Below are positions 18,386 through 26,589 of a stretch of 64,000 nt of DNA, piece by piece. The notes below the pieces were generated by a model. That model saw only the letters and a program-made list of their open reading frames with translations. It did not search any database and was not told where the DNA came from. Numbering within the stretch: the first letter of the stretch is position 1; the number at the start of each line of letters is the position of its first letter. The position numbers and the translations under genes were made by a program. This DNA is from a virus (lineage: Duplodnaviria; Caudoviricetes), in the IMG/VR virus record IMGVR_UViG_3300031251_000018, positions 1,177 through 65,176 of that record; one strand, given 5' to 3'.

Positions 18386-19660
18386 ATGGCCGACACAACG
18401 AACCAACAAGAGCGCGCGCACGCCGACGCCGGCTTTTCCGGCGCCGAGCGATACATGGCTTGTCCGGCCTCTGTGACGAAGGCGCGCGGGAAGTTTCGTC
18501 CCTCCACGATCTACTCGCGCAAGGGAACATTCCTGCACGAACTCTCCGAGATCATCATCCACGGTCAGCCGATCCCCGACACGATCCAGGTTGAAGACGA
18601 TGTCTTCGACGTGACGCCGGAAGACATAGAGATCGTCACCGCCTACACGCGCTATGCCGAAATCCTGCGCGACACGGCCGACCGTCTCTACATCGAGGAA
18701 CGCGTCACCCTCGATTACTTCTACCCGAACGGGATGCCCGAGCCGGTTTTCTCGCATCTCGACCTCGGCGCGTATCAATCCAACGGCGGCCATCCGATCC
18801 TGACCCTCGCCGATCTGAAGGGCGGCCGGGGCTATCTGGTCAGCGCCGAGAACAACGCGCAGTTGCGCGGTTATGCGCTCGCGCTTCTCGGCCGCGTGCT
18901 CTCCGAAGGGCTCCAGAAGCCCGAGACAATCCGGCTCGTGATCGTTCAGCCGCACGACTACGGCAGTCCGATCAAGTCCGAGACGATTACTTGCGACGAA
19001 CTTCTGGAATGGTTTCGCGACGAACTTGATCCGGCGTTGCGCCGTCTCGCGGCAAACGACCAGACCGAGAGCGCCGGCAAATGGTGCCGCTGGTGCGCTC
19101 GCGCTGGTGAATGCCACGCCCTGACCCGCACAGCGATGGAGACTGCGCGTCTCGCCTTCGCCGCCGCGCCCCTCCCGGCAAAATATACCGGGGGAGGCGC
19201 TGTGTCCGGCGGCAAGGAACCGCCCGAGCCGACCGAGCTTTCCAACGATGATCTCGCCGCGATCCTCGATAAGGCGGAAATCATCGAGTCGTGGATCGAG
19301 AAGGTTCGGGCGACGGCCTCAAACCGGATTGACCACGGCCAGAGGGTGCCGGGCTGGAAGCTCGTTGCCAAGCGCGCCCAACGCAAATGGGCCGACGCGG
19401 AGAAGGCCGAGAAGGCGCTGATGATGCAAGCGCCGATCAGCGAAATCTTCACGCGCAAGCTCAAATCCCCGGCCCAGGCCGAAGCCCTTTTGAAGACGAA
19501 GGCAATGACCAAGGAAGGCATCGCCGTTTTCCTTGCGCCTCTCGTCTCCAAAGAATCGAGCGGGACCACCTTGGTTCCTGCCGACGATCCACGTCCTGCC
19601 GTGGACACAAGCGCCGCTGCGGCGTTCGCAGCAAATCCCATCAAACTCGGGAGCAAATAA
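18386..19660 (+). CDS. DUF2800 Cas4-like PD-(D/E)XK exonuclease
   Basis: SGAERYMACPAS, GTFLHE, DLKGG, NAQLRGYA, IVQP, WCRWC...C, GWKLV. Confidence 0.9.
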   Translation: MADTTNQQERAHADAGFSGAERYMACPASVTKARGKFRPSTIYSRKGTFLHELSEIIIHGQPIPDTIQVEDDVFDVTPEDIEIVTAYTRYAEILRDTADRLYIEERVTLDYFYPNGMPEPVFSHLDLGAYQSNGGHPILTLADLKGGRGYLVSAENNAQLRGYALALLGRVLSEGLQKPETIRLVIVQPHDYGSPIKSETITCDELLEWFRDELDPALRRLAANDQTESAGKWCRWCARAGECHALTRTAMETARLAFAAAPLPAKYTGGGAVSGGKEPPEPTELSNDDLAAILDKAEIIESWIEKVRATASNRIDHGQRVPGWKLVAKRAQRKWADAEKAEKALMMQAPISEIFTRKLKSPAQAEALLKTKAMTKEGIAVFLAPLVSKESSGTTLVPADDPRPAVDTSAAAAFAANPIKLGSK

Positions 19661-20272
19661 ATGGGTGTGGTTACTCCGTTCGCAACTTTGGCCTTTCCGG
19701 CCCTGTTTACACCGCGCCGCCGCGTGAAGGATGATCCGACTTCGCAGTTGGTCTATTCCGCCACGCTTATCTTCTCGCCGGACGAACAGAACACCCCGGC
19801 GTTCGAAGCCCTGAAGGCCGCGGCGCGCGACGAATTCAAGGCGAAATATCCCGATAAGAAGATGGTCGGCGCCTACGCCAACCCCTTCCGCAAGGGTTCC
19901 GAAGTCGATTACGAGGGCTTCGGTGAGGAAGACATCTACATCGCCGTCCGCACGACGGACAAACCTGCGGTGAATGATGTTTGGGGTAATGAAATTCCCG
20001 ACAGCGAGGCCAAGAAGGTTTTCGCCGGTCAGCTTGTTCGCGCTTACGTGAACCCTTGGGCTTACGATAAGAGCGGCAACCGCGGCGTGACGTTCTTCCT
20101 CAACGGTATTCAGATCATCGATGCGAACCGTCCGCGCATCGACGGCCGTGTGAATTCCGATAAGATGTTCCCGACGGACGATCTGGAGGAATTCAGGAAG
20201 TCGGCTCCGAAGCCCTCGGCAGGAGCCAAGGCGCCTGCGCCAGCAATGGCCGACGACGACATGCCTTTTTAA
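19661..20272 (+). CDS. DUF2815-family ssDNA-binding protein
   Basis: LAFPALFTP, YSATL, GNRGVTFFLNGIQ, acidic C-terminus DDDMPF. Confidence 0.9.
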   Translation: MGVVTPFATLAFPALFTPRRRVKDDPTSQLVYSATLIFSPDEQNTPAFEALKAAARDEFKAKYPDKKMVGAYANPFRKGSEVDYEGFGEEDIYIAVRTTDKPAVNDVWGNEIPDSEAKKVFAGQLVRAYVNPWAYDKSGNRGVTFFLNGIQIIDANRPRIDGRVNSDKMFPTDDLEEFRKSAPKPSAGAKAPAPAMADDDMPF

Positions 20273-20362
20273 TCACGAATGACCTACGCACGCTTTTGGG
20301 GTAGGGTGCGTAGGTCTACCAAAACAACCCCAACACCACCCAACAATGGAGGGTCAAACAAC

Positions 20363-20575
20363 ATGGCTATCGAGAAGCGTAAATTCGAAGTGACCGTCTC
20401 GGTCGACTCCAAGACGAAGCAGGCTGCGCTCCGCGCCGATCTCAAGAAGGCCGTTGGCGAAGCCTCGGGCTCCGAGAAGGTGTCGCTGAAGCCGATCACC
20501 GCGGCGAAGAAGCCCGCTCGCAAGACCGCGGCGAAGAAGCCCGTTCGCAAGACGGCCGTTCGAAAGGCGGCCTGA
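20363..20575 (+). CDS. Small Lys/Ala-rich histone H1-like protein
   Basis: GGAGG RBS; TAAKKPARKTAAKKPVRKTAVRKAA tail. Confidence 0.7.
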   Translation: MAIEKRKFEVTVSVDSKTKQAALRADLKKAVGEASGSEKVSLKPITAAKKPARKTAAKKPVRKTAVRKAA

Positions 20576-20658
20576 TGCAAGTGGCCTGAAGTCCGCGCGA
20601 GTTGGGATCGCACAGACTTCAGGCCGCTACCTGAATTCCTTGAAGATGGTGTGAGCTA

Positions 20659-21159
20659 ATGACCCCCGAAGAGATCGACGCAAACCCGAAGAAAGCGTTC
20701 GGCGCGCTGAAGCCGTCCCTACACTACGCCCCCATGAACGCGATGCTTCAAGTTGCGCGCGTCTTCGAACTCGGGGCGAAAAAATACGGCTTGAAAAATT
20801 GGAGGCGCCAGCCAGTGGACGCCTCGACATATTACAGCGCCGCGTATCGGCATCTGATCGAATGGTTTGAGAGCGGCGTCAACGTCGATCCCGAAAGCGG
20901 GCAGCATCCGCTCGCGCACGTCATCGCGTGTTGCCTGATCGTGATCGACAGCACCGAGGGTGGCGAACTGATCGATGACCGCGGCTTCGCCGAAGTGCTC
21001 ACAGGGACGCAGGGTGCACCGGCGGCTCCCACGCCGCCCGCTCCACCACCGCCGCCGCCGGCTCCTGATAGCCCCCACGTGGCTCCGACGGACAACCTGG
21101 GCTCCGACATCTCGGCGGCGATCGAACAAGCTCTGACGACTTTATCGCATCACGAATAG
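20659..21159 (+). CDS. dATP/dGTP diphosphohydrolase (DUF5664)
   Basis: NPKKAFG..K, GAKKYG..NWR, YYSAAYRHL, DPESG.HPLAH. Confidence 0.88.
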   Translation: MTPEEIDANPKKAFGALKPSLHYAPMNAMLQVARVFELGAKKYGLKNWRRQPVDASTYYSAAYRHLIEWFESGVNVDPESGQHPLAHVIACCLIVIDSTEGGELIDDRGFAEVLTGTQGAPAAPTPPAPPPPPPAPDSPHVAPTDNLGSDISAAIEQALTTLSHHE

Positions 21160-21252
21160 GGCCACGGGTTTTCTCCCCGACTTTCCCTGGCCCTGCCCGC
21201 CGGTGGTTTCTTCCTCGGCCACCGGCGGGTTCACGATCCACACGAACGCAGG

Positions 21253-22086
21253 ATGAGGGTGATGGCCGCTGTTTACATCGACATCGATCCGCACGCGTGC
21301 CGATGGACAGAGAATTTAATTGCCGCGGGTCTCGTGGCCCCTGGTGAAGTATGGAACGTGGATATTCGAGATGTCCGACCGATCGACCTTAAAGGATTCC
21401 AACAAGTCCATCTCTTCTCAGGGATCGGTGCGTGGTCGCACGCCCTCCGGTCTGCGAACTGGCCGGACGACCGAGAAGTCTTCACGGTCTCTTGCCCTTG
21501 CCAGCCTTTCAGCGCGGTCGGCGGCAGAACAGGGCTTGCTGACGAGCGGCACCTATGGCCCGCCGCCGATTGGCTTATCGGACAACTCCGTCCTGCAATT
21601 ATTTTTGCGGAACAAGTTAGCAGCAAGGACGGCCTCGCTTGGTTCGACGTTGTTCACGCTGACCTGGACGCGAAGGATTACGCCGTCGGGGCTCTCGATC
21701 TCTGCGCTGCGGGCTTCGGTGCGCCTCACATCCGACAGCGCCTATACATTTGTGCCGTGGCCGACGCCGAAGGCGTCCGACTGCCTCGGCGGAAGAACGA
21801 CGAACACGAAGGGCGGGGGCAACAAACATCTCGACAAGGATGTTCGACTCCTAACGAAACAAACGGGTTCTGGCGCCATTGCGATTGGAAGCGCGGAGCG
21901 GACAAGCGTCTCCGCGCCGTTGAGCCCGGCGTTGAGCCGGTGGTTGATGGGTCTGCCTTCCGCCTGGGATCGGGCGGCCCCTACGAAGGAAAGAGCCGCC
22001 GGCAGATGCTCAAAGGCTACGGCAACGCGATAGTCGCGCCGTTAGCCACGGAAGTCATCAAAGCGTTAATGGAGTGCGTGCCGTGA
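21253..22086 (+). CDS. DNA cytosine-5 methyltransferase, large (alpha) polypeptide
   Basis: LFSGIG (I), PCQPFS (IV), EQV (VI), HIRQRLY (VIII), YGNAIV (X); no motif IX seen in this frame. Confidence 0.9.
   Translation: MRVMAAVYIDIDPHACRWTENLIAAGLVAPGEVWNVDIRDVRPIDLKGFQQVHLFSGIGAWSHALRSANWPDDREVFTVSCPCQPFSAVGGRTGLADERHLWPAADWLIGQLRPAIIFAEQVSSKDGLAWFDVVHADLDAKDYAVGALDLCAAGFGAPHIRQRLYICAVADAEGVRLPRRKNDEHEGRGQQTSRQGCSTPNETNGFWRHCDWKRGADKRLRAVEPGVEPVVDGSAFRLGSGGPYEGKSRRQMLKGYGNAIVAPLATEVIKALMECVP
21371..22033 (+). CDS. Putative overlapping small (beta) polypeptide of the methyltransferase, +1 frame
   Basis: Open for 220 codons inside the MTase gene; WPTPKASD and LSPALSRWLMGLPSAWD (motif IX-like). 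Confidence 0.7.
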   Translation: MSDRSTLKDSNKSISSQGSVRGRTPSGLRTGRTTEKSSRSLALASLSARSAAEQGLLTSGTYGPPPIGLSDNSVLQLFLRNKLAARTASLGSTLFTLTWTRRITPSGLSISALRASVRLTSDSAYTFVPWPTPKASDCLGGRTTNTKGGGNKHLDKDVRLLTKQTGSGAIAIGSAERTSVSAPLSPALSRWLMGLPSAWDRAAPTKERAAGRCSKATATR

Positions 22087-22856
22087 TGCTATTTGCTCAA
22101 CCGTCGTCAGTCATGAACACCGAGATCAGGCTTCCGCCGCCGTCCCGTAAGGACAAAGTCCGCAAGATAATAGCGGAAGAAGCCCGGCGGTGTGGCATCT
22201 CTGTTGACGAATTGCTGGAGGATAACCGGCGCGGATGGGTGTTGGGCATCCGGCAATACGCAATGTGGCGCGCACGCATAGAGACAAAATGCTCTCTCCC
22301 GGAGCTTGGGGTGCTATTTGATTGCAGTCACGTGACGATCAAATACGCATTTCGAAAGGTAGAAGCGATAGCCCCCGATCTGCGCGGTGTGTTTGGCCCG
22401 AAGCCGATGGATGCGGCTCGCGGGATCATAGCCGAAGAAGCGGCACGCGGCGGGTATTCGGTTGATGAGATTCTTTCGCAGAAACAAACAAAGCGGCTGC
22501 GATCCGTCAGACAATACGCGATGTGGCGTGCCCACAAGGAAACCAAGTGCTCTCTTGTCGACCTCGGTGAAGCATTCGACCGCGATCATTCTTCGGTTCT
22601 CCACACGATCCGACGCGTAGAGGCGATGGCCCCCGACCTACGCGGCGTGTTCAGCCCGTGTCCGAAAGTCAGAATACGCCAGAAGATAATACCGAGGCCG
22701 CGGAAGGTCGCAGAAACGTATCAGGGCCGCCCGTGCGGGTATGGACATTCCGGTCTTCGATACAGAGTGAATAGACGGTGTATCGAGTGCAATGCGATCG
22801 GGGTTGCGCGGAGATACTGGCAGCGTAAAGCGGAGCGCGAGAATGATTTGGACTGA
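22086..22856 (+). CDS. Protein with two DnaA domain IV-like HTH repeats and a C-terminal Cys/His cluster
   Basis: RQYAMWRA..ETKCSL..LG..FD twice, second copy has DRDHSSVLH; PCGYGH...RCIEC. Confidence 0.8.
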   Translation: MLFAQPSSVMNTEIRLPPPSRKDKVRKIIAEEARRCGISVDELLEDNRRGWVLGIRQYAMWRARIETKCSLPELGVLFDCSHVTIKYAFRKVEAIAPDLRGVFGPKPMDAARGIIAEEAARGGYSVDEILSQKQTKRLRSVRQYAMWRAHKETKCSLVDLGEAFDRDHSSVLHTIRRVEAMAPDLRGVFSPCPKVRIRQKIIPRPRKVAETYQGRPCGYGHSGLRYRVNRRCIECNAIGVARRYWQRKAERENDLD

Positions 22857-23280
22857 ATATCTTTACGGCTTCGCCGAGCACGCCGCGAAGAAAAGCAAGG
22901 ACTCAACCCAGGTCGGCGCGGCGCTCGTCGGCCCTGAGTTGGAAGTCCGGCTGACCGCTTTCAACGGGCCGCCGCGCGGCGTCCGTGATCTCGCCGAGCG
23001 TCGCGAGCGGCCGACGAAATATATGTTCGCTTCGCACGCTGAAGCAAACCTGATTGCTTTCGCCGCGCGTGAGGGCATACGCACGAAAGGCTGCACGGTC
23101 TACGCCACGCACATGCCTTGCGCTGCCTGCGCCCGCACGCTGATCCAGGCCGGCATCCACAGGGTCGTCTATGGCCCCGGAGTGGCCGTCATGCACAACG
23201 ACGCCGAACTTCTCGCAACTGAAGCGATGTTTCGAGAGGCCGGCGTCACCTTATTCCCCTGTGGCAAGATAGGAGACTGA
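22843..23280 (+). CDS. dCMP deaminase
   Basis: SKDSTQVGA, NGPPRG, HAEANLI, PCAACAR. Confidence 0.92.
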   Translation: MIWTEYLYGFAEHAAKKSKDSTQVGAALVGPELEVRLTAFNGPPRGVRDLAERRERPTKYMFASHAEANLIAFAAREGIRTKGCTVYATHMPCAACARTLIQAGIHRVVYGPGVAVMHNDAELLATEAMFREAGVTLFPCGKIGD

Positions 23281-23282
23281 AA

Positions 23283-23552
23283 ATGGCTCTCAGAACTGAA
23301 GAAGACGCTCGCAAAACATGGTGCCCATTCGCACGCGTCGCGGCGATGGTTCAGACCGCGCCGGGGCAGGGCGTCGTTGTCACCGTCAACCGTTCGCAAG
23401 GGGCATTGCAGCGAGGAATCATGCAGCCCGGCTGCGAATGTCTTGCCTCAGATTGCGCGTTTTGGGTGTCTACGCCGCTGGATGGCCCGACCAAGTCTGG
23501 TGAATGCGCGATGGCGCGTGATCCGAACAAGGCAAAACTTTTCAATTCCTGA
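23283..23552 (+). CDS. Cys-rich hypothetical protein
   Basis: TEEDARKTWCPFAR...CLASDCAFW...GEC motif. Confidence 0.75.
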   Translation: MALRTEEDARKTWCPFARVAAMVQTAPGQGVVVTVNRSQGALQRGIMQPGCECLASDCAFWVSTPLDGPTKSGECAMARDPNKAKLFNS

Positions 23553-23568
23553 GCGGAGAACCGGGGTC

Positions 23569-23802
23569 ATGAAAATAGCTAGACTTGAACAGATAAAACT
23601 GTGTTCGACGATCGGGCGCGTCCTCTTCGGGGTTGGGGTCGTGATCGTTGCGGTCCCGGTTCTTTTCGCGATCCCCGGCGCCTTCATTCTTGGTGTCGGT
23701 TACATCCTGACCCAGGTCGGCGAGGATATGTGGAACATCCACCATAACCAGCCGAAGCGTGGACCCGCCGCCGAGTCGTTTTTTCCGTGGGAGAGGCGCT
23801 GA
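23569..23802 (+). CDS. Small membrane protein
   Basis: GGAG RBS; long hydrophobic segment. Confidence 0.55.
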   Translation: MKIARLEQIKLCSTIGRVLFGVGVVIVAVPVLFAIPGAFILGVGYILTQVGEDMWNIHHNQPKRGPAAESFFPWERR

Positions 23803-23895
23803 TATGTCCGACACAAGCATCATGAACCTTGTCGTCTCCCTACTGATCGCCGGGTTCTTCGCCATCGTTGTCAAGCTCCTATTGGAGGATAAGCC

Positions 23896-24480
23896 GTGAC
23901 GGATTTTACGAAAGAGGAAGCGACGAACGAACTGCGGTTCTTTCCCAAGCTGTTTATGACCGGCCCACAGGAATTCGAATACTCCGGTTCGTATGCTTTG
24001 CAGCAAAGATGGAAGATTACGAGGGGCGGTCTCGGGCGAGTCGACTATACCGAAGAGTGGCGCGACGTGCCGATCGTCTCCGTTGCTGCGGCTGCCACTA
24101 CGGGGCGGAAAGCAGCCCCGGCGGAGAAATCGCCGCGTAATTACGCGTTCGATCTCGTAACGCACATCCGTAGAGCGCGGGCATTCTCCGAAAAGACCTT
24201 CGGTCCCGGCGCTCGCACGAAGGGCGTTGTCGAGCACATCCGTAAAGAGCTTAACGAGATTCTGGCCAAGCCGGACGATATTGAAGAGTGGGTCGATGTT
24301 ATGATTCTCGCAATCGATGGGGCTTGGCGCGCGGGCTACTCTCCCGAAGAGATCACGTGGGCGCTCGACGCCAAGCAGTTCAAGAACGAAGGCCGGAAAT
24401 GGCCGGATTGGCGAAACTTCGCCGCTGACCAGCCGATCGAACACGACCGCCGAGGCGAACAAGGCTTTGAGACGCGATGA
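23896..24480 (+). CDS. DUF550 dATP/dGTP pyrophosphohydrolase with an N-terminal extra domain
   Basis: FSEKTFGPGARTKGVVEHIRKEL, EEWVD..ILAIDGAWR, KNEGRKWPDWR. Confidence 0.9.
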   Translation: MTDFTKEEATNELRFFPKLFMTGPQEFEYSGSYALQQRWKITRGGLGRVDYTEEWRDVPIVSVAAAATTGRKAAPAEKSPRNYAFDLVTHIRRARAFSEKTFGPGARTKGVVEHIRKELNEILAKPDDIEEWVDVMILAIDGAWRAGYSPEEITWALDAKQFKNEGRKWPDWRNFAADQPIEHDRRGEQGFETR

Positions 24481-24737
24481 ACACGCAATTCCTTCTTATG
24501 GCGCAATACAATGGCGCCGCGGTGATCCCCTTGTCTGTAGTCTGTAAAGACTACTTCAAGCATCTCACCCCTGAAAAGTTCGCGCGCAAAGTCGCTCACG
24601 GCGAGATCAAGCTGCCGATGATCCGAATGGAGGGCAGCAACAAGTCCGCGCGCGGCATCCACATAGCCGATCTCGCCGCCTACCTGGACGAACGCCGCGA
24701 AGCGGCGATCAAAGAACTGAAGCAGATCACGGAGTAA
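24477..24737 (+). CDS. Pyocin activator PrtN-family protein (candidate excisionase)
   Basis: MNTQFLLMAQY...IPL..V..DYF.HLT...GEIKLP...KSARG.HIADLAAYLD. Confidence 0.9.
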   Translation: MNTQFLLMAQYNGAAVIPLSVVCKDYFKHLTPEKFARKVAHGEIKLPMIRMEGSNKSARGIHIADLAAYLDERREAAIKELKQITE

Positions 24738-24742
24738 CCCCG

Positions 24743-24967
24743 GTGCCCGATCTCATTATCCTCGATCTCGTGGAACGCCGGCTTGCGCGGAAACTCTCTC
24801 GCCAGGAAGTGGCGACGCGCATCGGTGTTTCGGCACAGAGATTCGGACAGTGGGAGCTAGGTCGGTGCGAACCGTCGCTTCGCTTATTGCGCGAGTGGGG
24901 GCTGGCGCTTGATGTGGTGTGGAAGCCGAAAGTTTTGAGAACGCCACGGGGGAAAAGCAATGGTTGA
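24743..24967 (+). CDS. XRE-family HTH protein
   Basis: RRLARKLSRQEVATRIGVS...WELGRCEPSL. Confidence 0.8.
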   Translation: MPDLIILDLVERRLARKLSRQEVATRIGVSAQRFGQWELGRCEPSLRLLREWGLALDVVWKPKVLRTPRGKSNG

Positions 24968-25895
24968 CGACGAAAACCACGAAGCTCACGGCGCGATGAT
25001 CCACCGCGGAATTGTCGAACAGCGGCAGTATAACGCCGACCAGCGGCAGAGTGCGCTAGAGGCTGAGAATAAGCGCCTGACCGCCGAACTCGCCGCCGCC
25101 AAGCAGCTTGACGTTAATCGCGTGCTGCAATTGGAGACGGCGTTTGCGTTGTGTGAGACCTTGGAATCCGAGCGAGACGCCCTCCGCGCCGACCTCGCAG
25201 AAGCGCAAGACGCGGCGGAATTGTGCTGCGCTGGTCAGGACGATTTGAAGAAGGAGAATGACAACCTGCGCGCCGAACTCGCAACCAAGGCGATGCAGTG
25301 CTGCTCACTCGCGGATAGCGTTGGCGTGTATATGGGGCGTGTTGACGACCTGCGCGCCGAACTCGCCGCCGAAGAGGAAACGAGCGTAGATACATGGGTG
25401 CGCGTCAAAGAATTAGAGGTTGACCTAGAAGAAGCCCGCTCCGAACTCGCCGTCGCTAATGAGGTTATAGACCGCCTTGTAAAAACCGAGCGCAAAGTCG
25501 CAGATGCAATTGGCGACGCCTACCTTCTCGACCTCCCTGATGGTGGCGACGTTAAGCTGTGGGAAGGCGCGCAAAGGCTCCGCGCCGAACTCGACAAATG
25601 GATAGCAAGGGCGAGCGAGGACTGGCCAGAAGCGGCCTCAAAAATCGAACGCTTGACCGCCGAACTCGCCCGGCTACAAGAGTGTTTCACGGGACAAGAC
25701 TACACGTATCGCAATGAAGTCGAACGTCGCGAACGTGCGGAAGCCGAGCGCGACGCCCTGCGCTCCGCTGCCAAGTGGCTGGTCGAGCAAGCCGATAAGT
25801 GCGGTTTCGTGGATGACCACGGCCACAAGCTGACGATGAATAAGGCGTTTATCGACTTGCGCGCGAGGCTGGCGAAGGGGAGCGGGAATGAGTGA
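24960..25895 (+). CDS. Modular coiled-coil protein 1
   Basis: Seven (R/T)AEL-type repeats plus AERDALR. Confidence 0.8.
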   Translation: MVDDENHEAHGAMIHRGIVEQRQYNADQRQSALEAENKRLTAELAAAKQLDVNRVLQLETAFALCETLESERDALRADLAEAQDAAELCCAGQDDLKKENDNLRAELATKAMQCCSLADSVGVYMGRVDDLRAELAAEEETSVDTWVRVKELEVDLEEARSELAVANEVIDRLVKTERKVADAIGDAYLLDLPDGGDVKLWEGAQRLRAELDKWIARASEDWPEAASKIERLTAELARLQECFTGQDYTYRNEVERRERAEAERDALRSAAKWLVEQADKCGFVDDHGHKLTMNKAFIDLRARLAKGSGNE

Positions 25896-26151
25896 CGCAA
25901 GGCTTGTGAAGCTACTGAGCGCCAAGATTGAAGAACTAGAGGCCGAACTCGCCGCCGCTAAAGCAGAAGTCGAACATCTTAATGAAGCCCTGAATTGGTC
26001 GCAGCTTGCAGAGAGTAATGCGATTGAAGCACTAGCTGAGCGAGATGAGTTGCTGCGGGATGCTCTACCATTCGTGCGGACGAAGACAAGGCATGAGGAA
26101 CTCGCAGACCGCATCGACGCGGCGCTGGCGAAGGGAGGCGGGGATGAGTGA
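25888..26151 (+). CDS. Modular coiled-coil protein 2
   Basis: MSD start, AELAAA, RIDAALAKGG end. Confidence 0.75.
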   Translation: MSDARLVKLLSAKIEELEAELAAAKAEVEHLNEALNWSQLAESNAIEALAERDELLRDALPFVRTKTRHEELADRIDAALAKGGGDE

Positions 26152-26458
26152 CGAGGCTTTCTATAAACGGCTGTCAGAGTTGGAAATCACGCACGAGATG
26201 GCCGACGAGTGCGCCGGTCGCCTGATTGCAGGGGCATTTCGCCGCACAGACAAAAAGCCCCGCTTTACTATACCGACGCGTCATGACGACGACGATGTTG
26301 TGATCGGAGAATATATCAAGCGGCAAAAGGCCGTAGTAGCCGAGCGCGACGCCCTGCGCGCGTTGCTGCGGGAGGCGCGACCATTCATATCAACGTGGGC
26401 CAAGCCGGAGTTGGTCGCCCGCATCGACGCGGCGATGGCGAAGGGAGGTGGGAAATGA
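26144..26458 (+). CDS. Modular protein 3
   Basis: MSDE start after GGAGG RBS; AERDALR; RIDAAMAKGG end. Confidence 0.75.
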   Translation: MSDEAFYKRLSELEITHEMADECAGRLIAGAFRRTDKKPRFTIPTRHDDDDVVIGEYIKRQKAVVAERDALRALLREARPFISTWAKPELVARIDAAMAKGGGK

Positions 26459-26544
26459 CAAGTATCTTTTGGGGATTTGTCGTTCCCGTTTTCGTGGCCG
26501 GTATATATTGGCTAGTGGCCTATTTAGCGGGGAGGCGGGGATGA
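26455..26544 (+). CDS. 29-aa hydrophobic peptide
   Basis: MTSIFWGFVVPVFVAGIYWLVAYLAGRRG; ATGA-coupled at both ends with GGAGG RBS. Confidence 0.55.
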   Translation: MTSIFWGFVVPVFVAGIYWLVAYLAGRRG

Positions 26545-26589
26545 GTGACGAACTGGTCGCCCGCATCGATTCGGCGCTGGGAGGCTCTC

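Noticed and set aside
20659-24480. Z-base (diaminopurine) genome
   Set aside because: No PurZ or DatZ homologue recognised in the window
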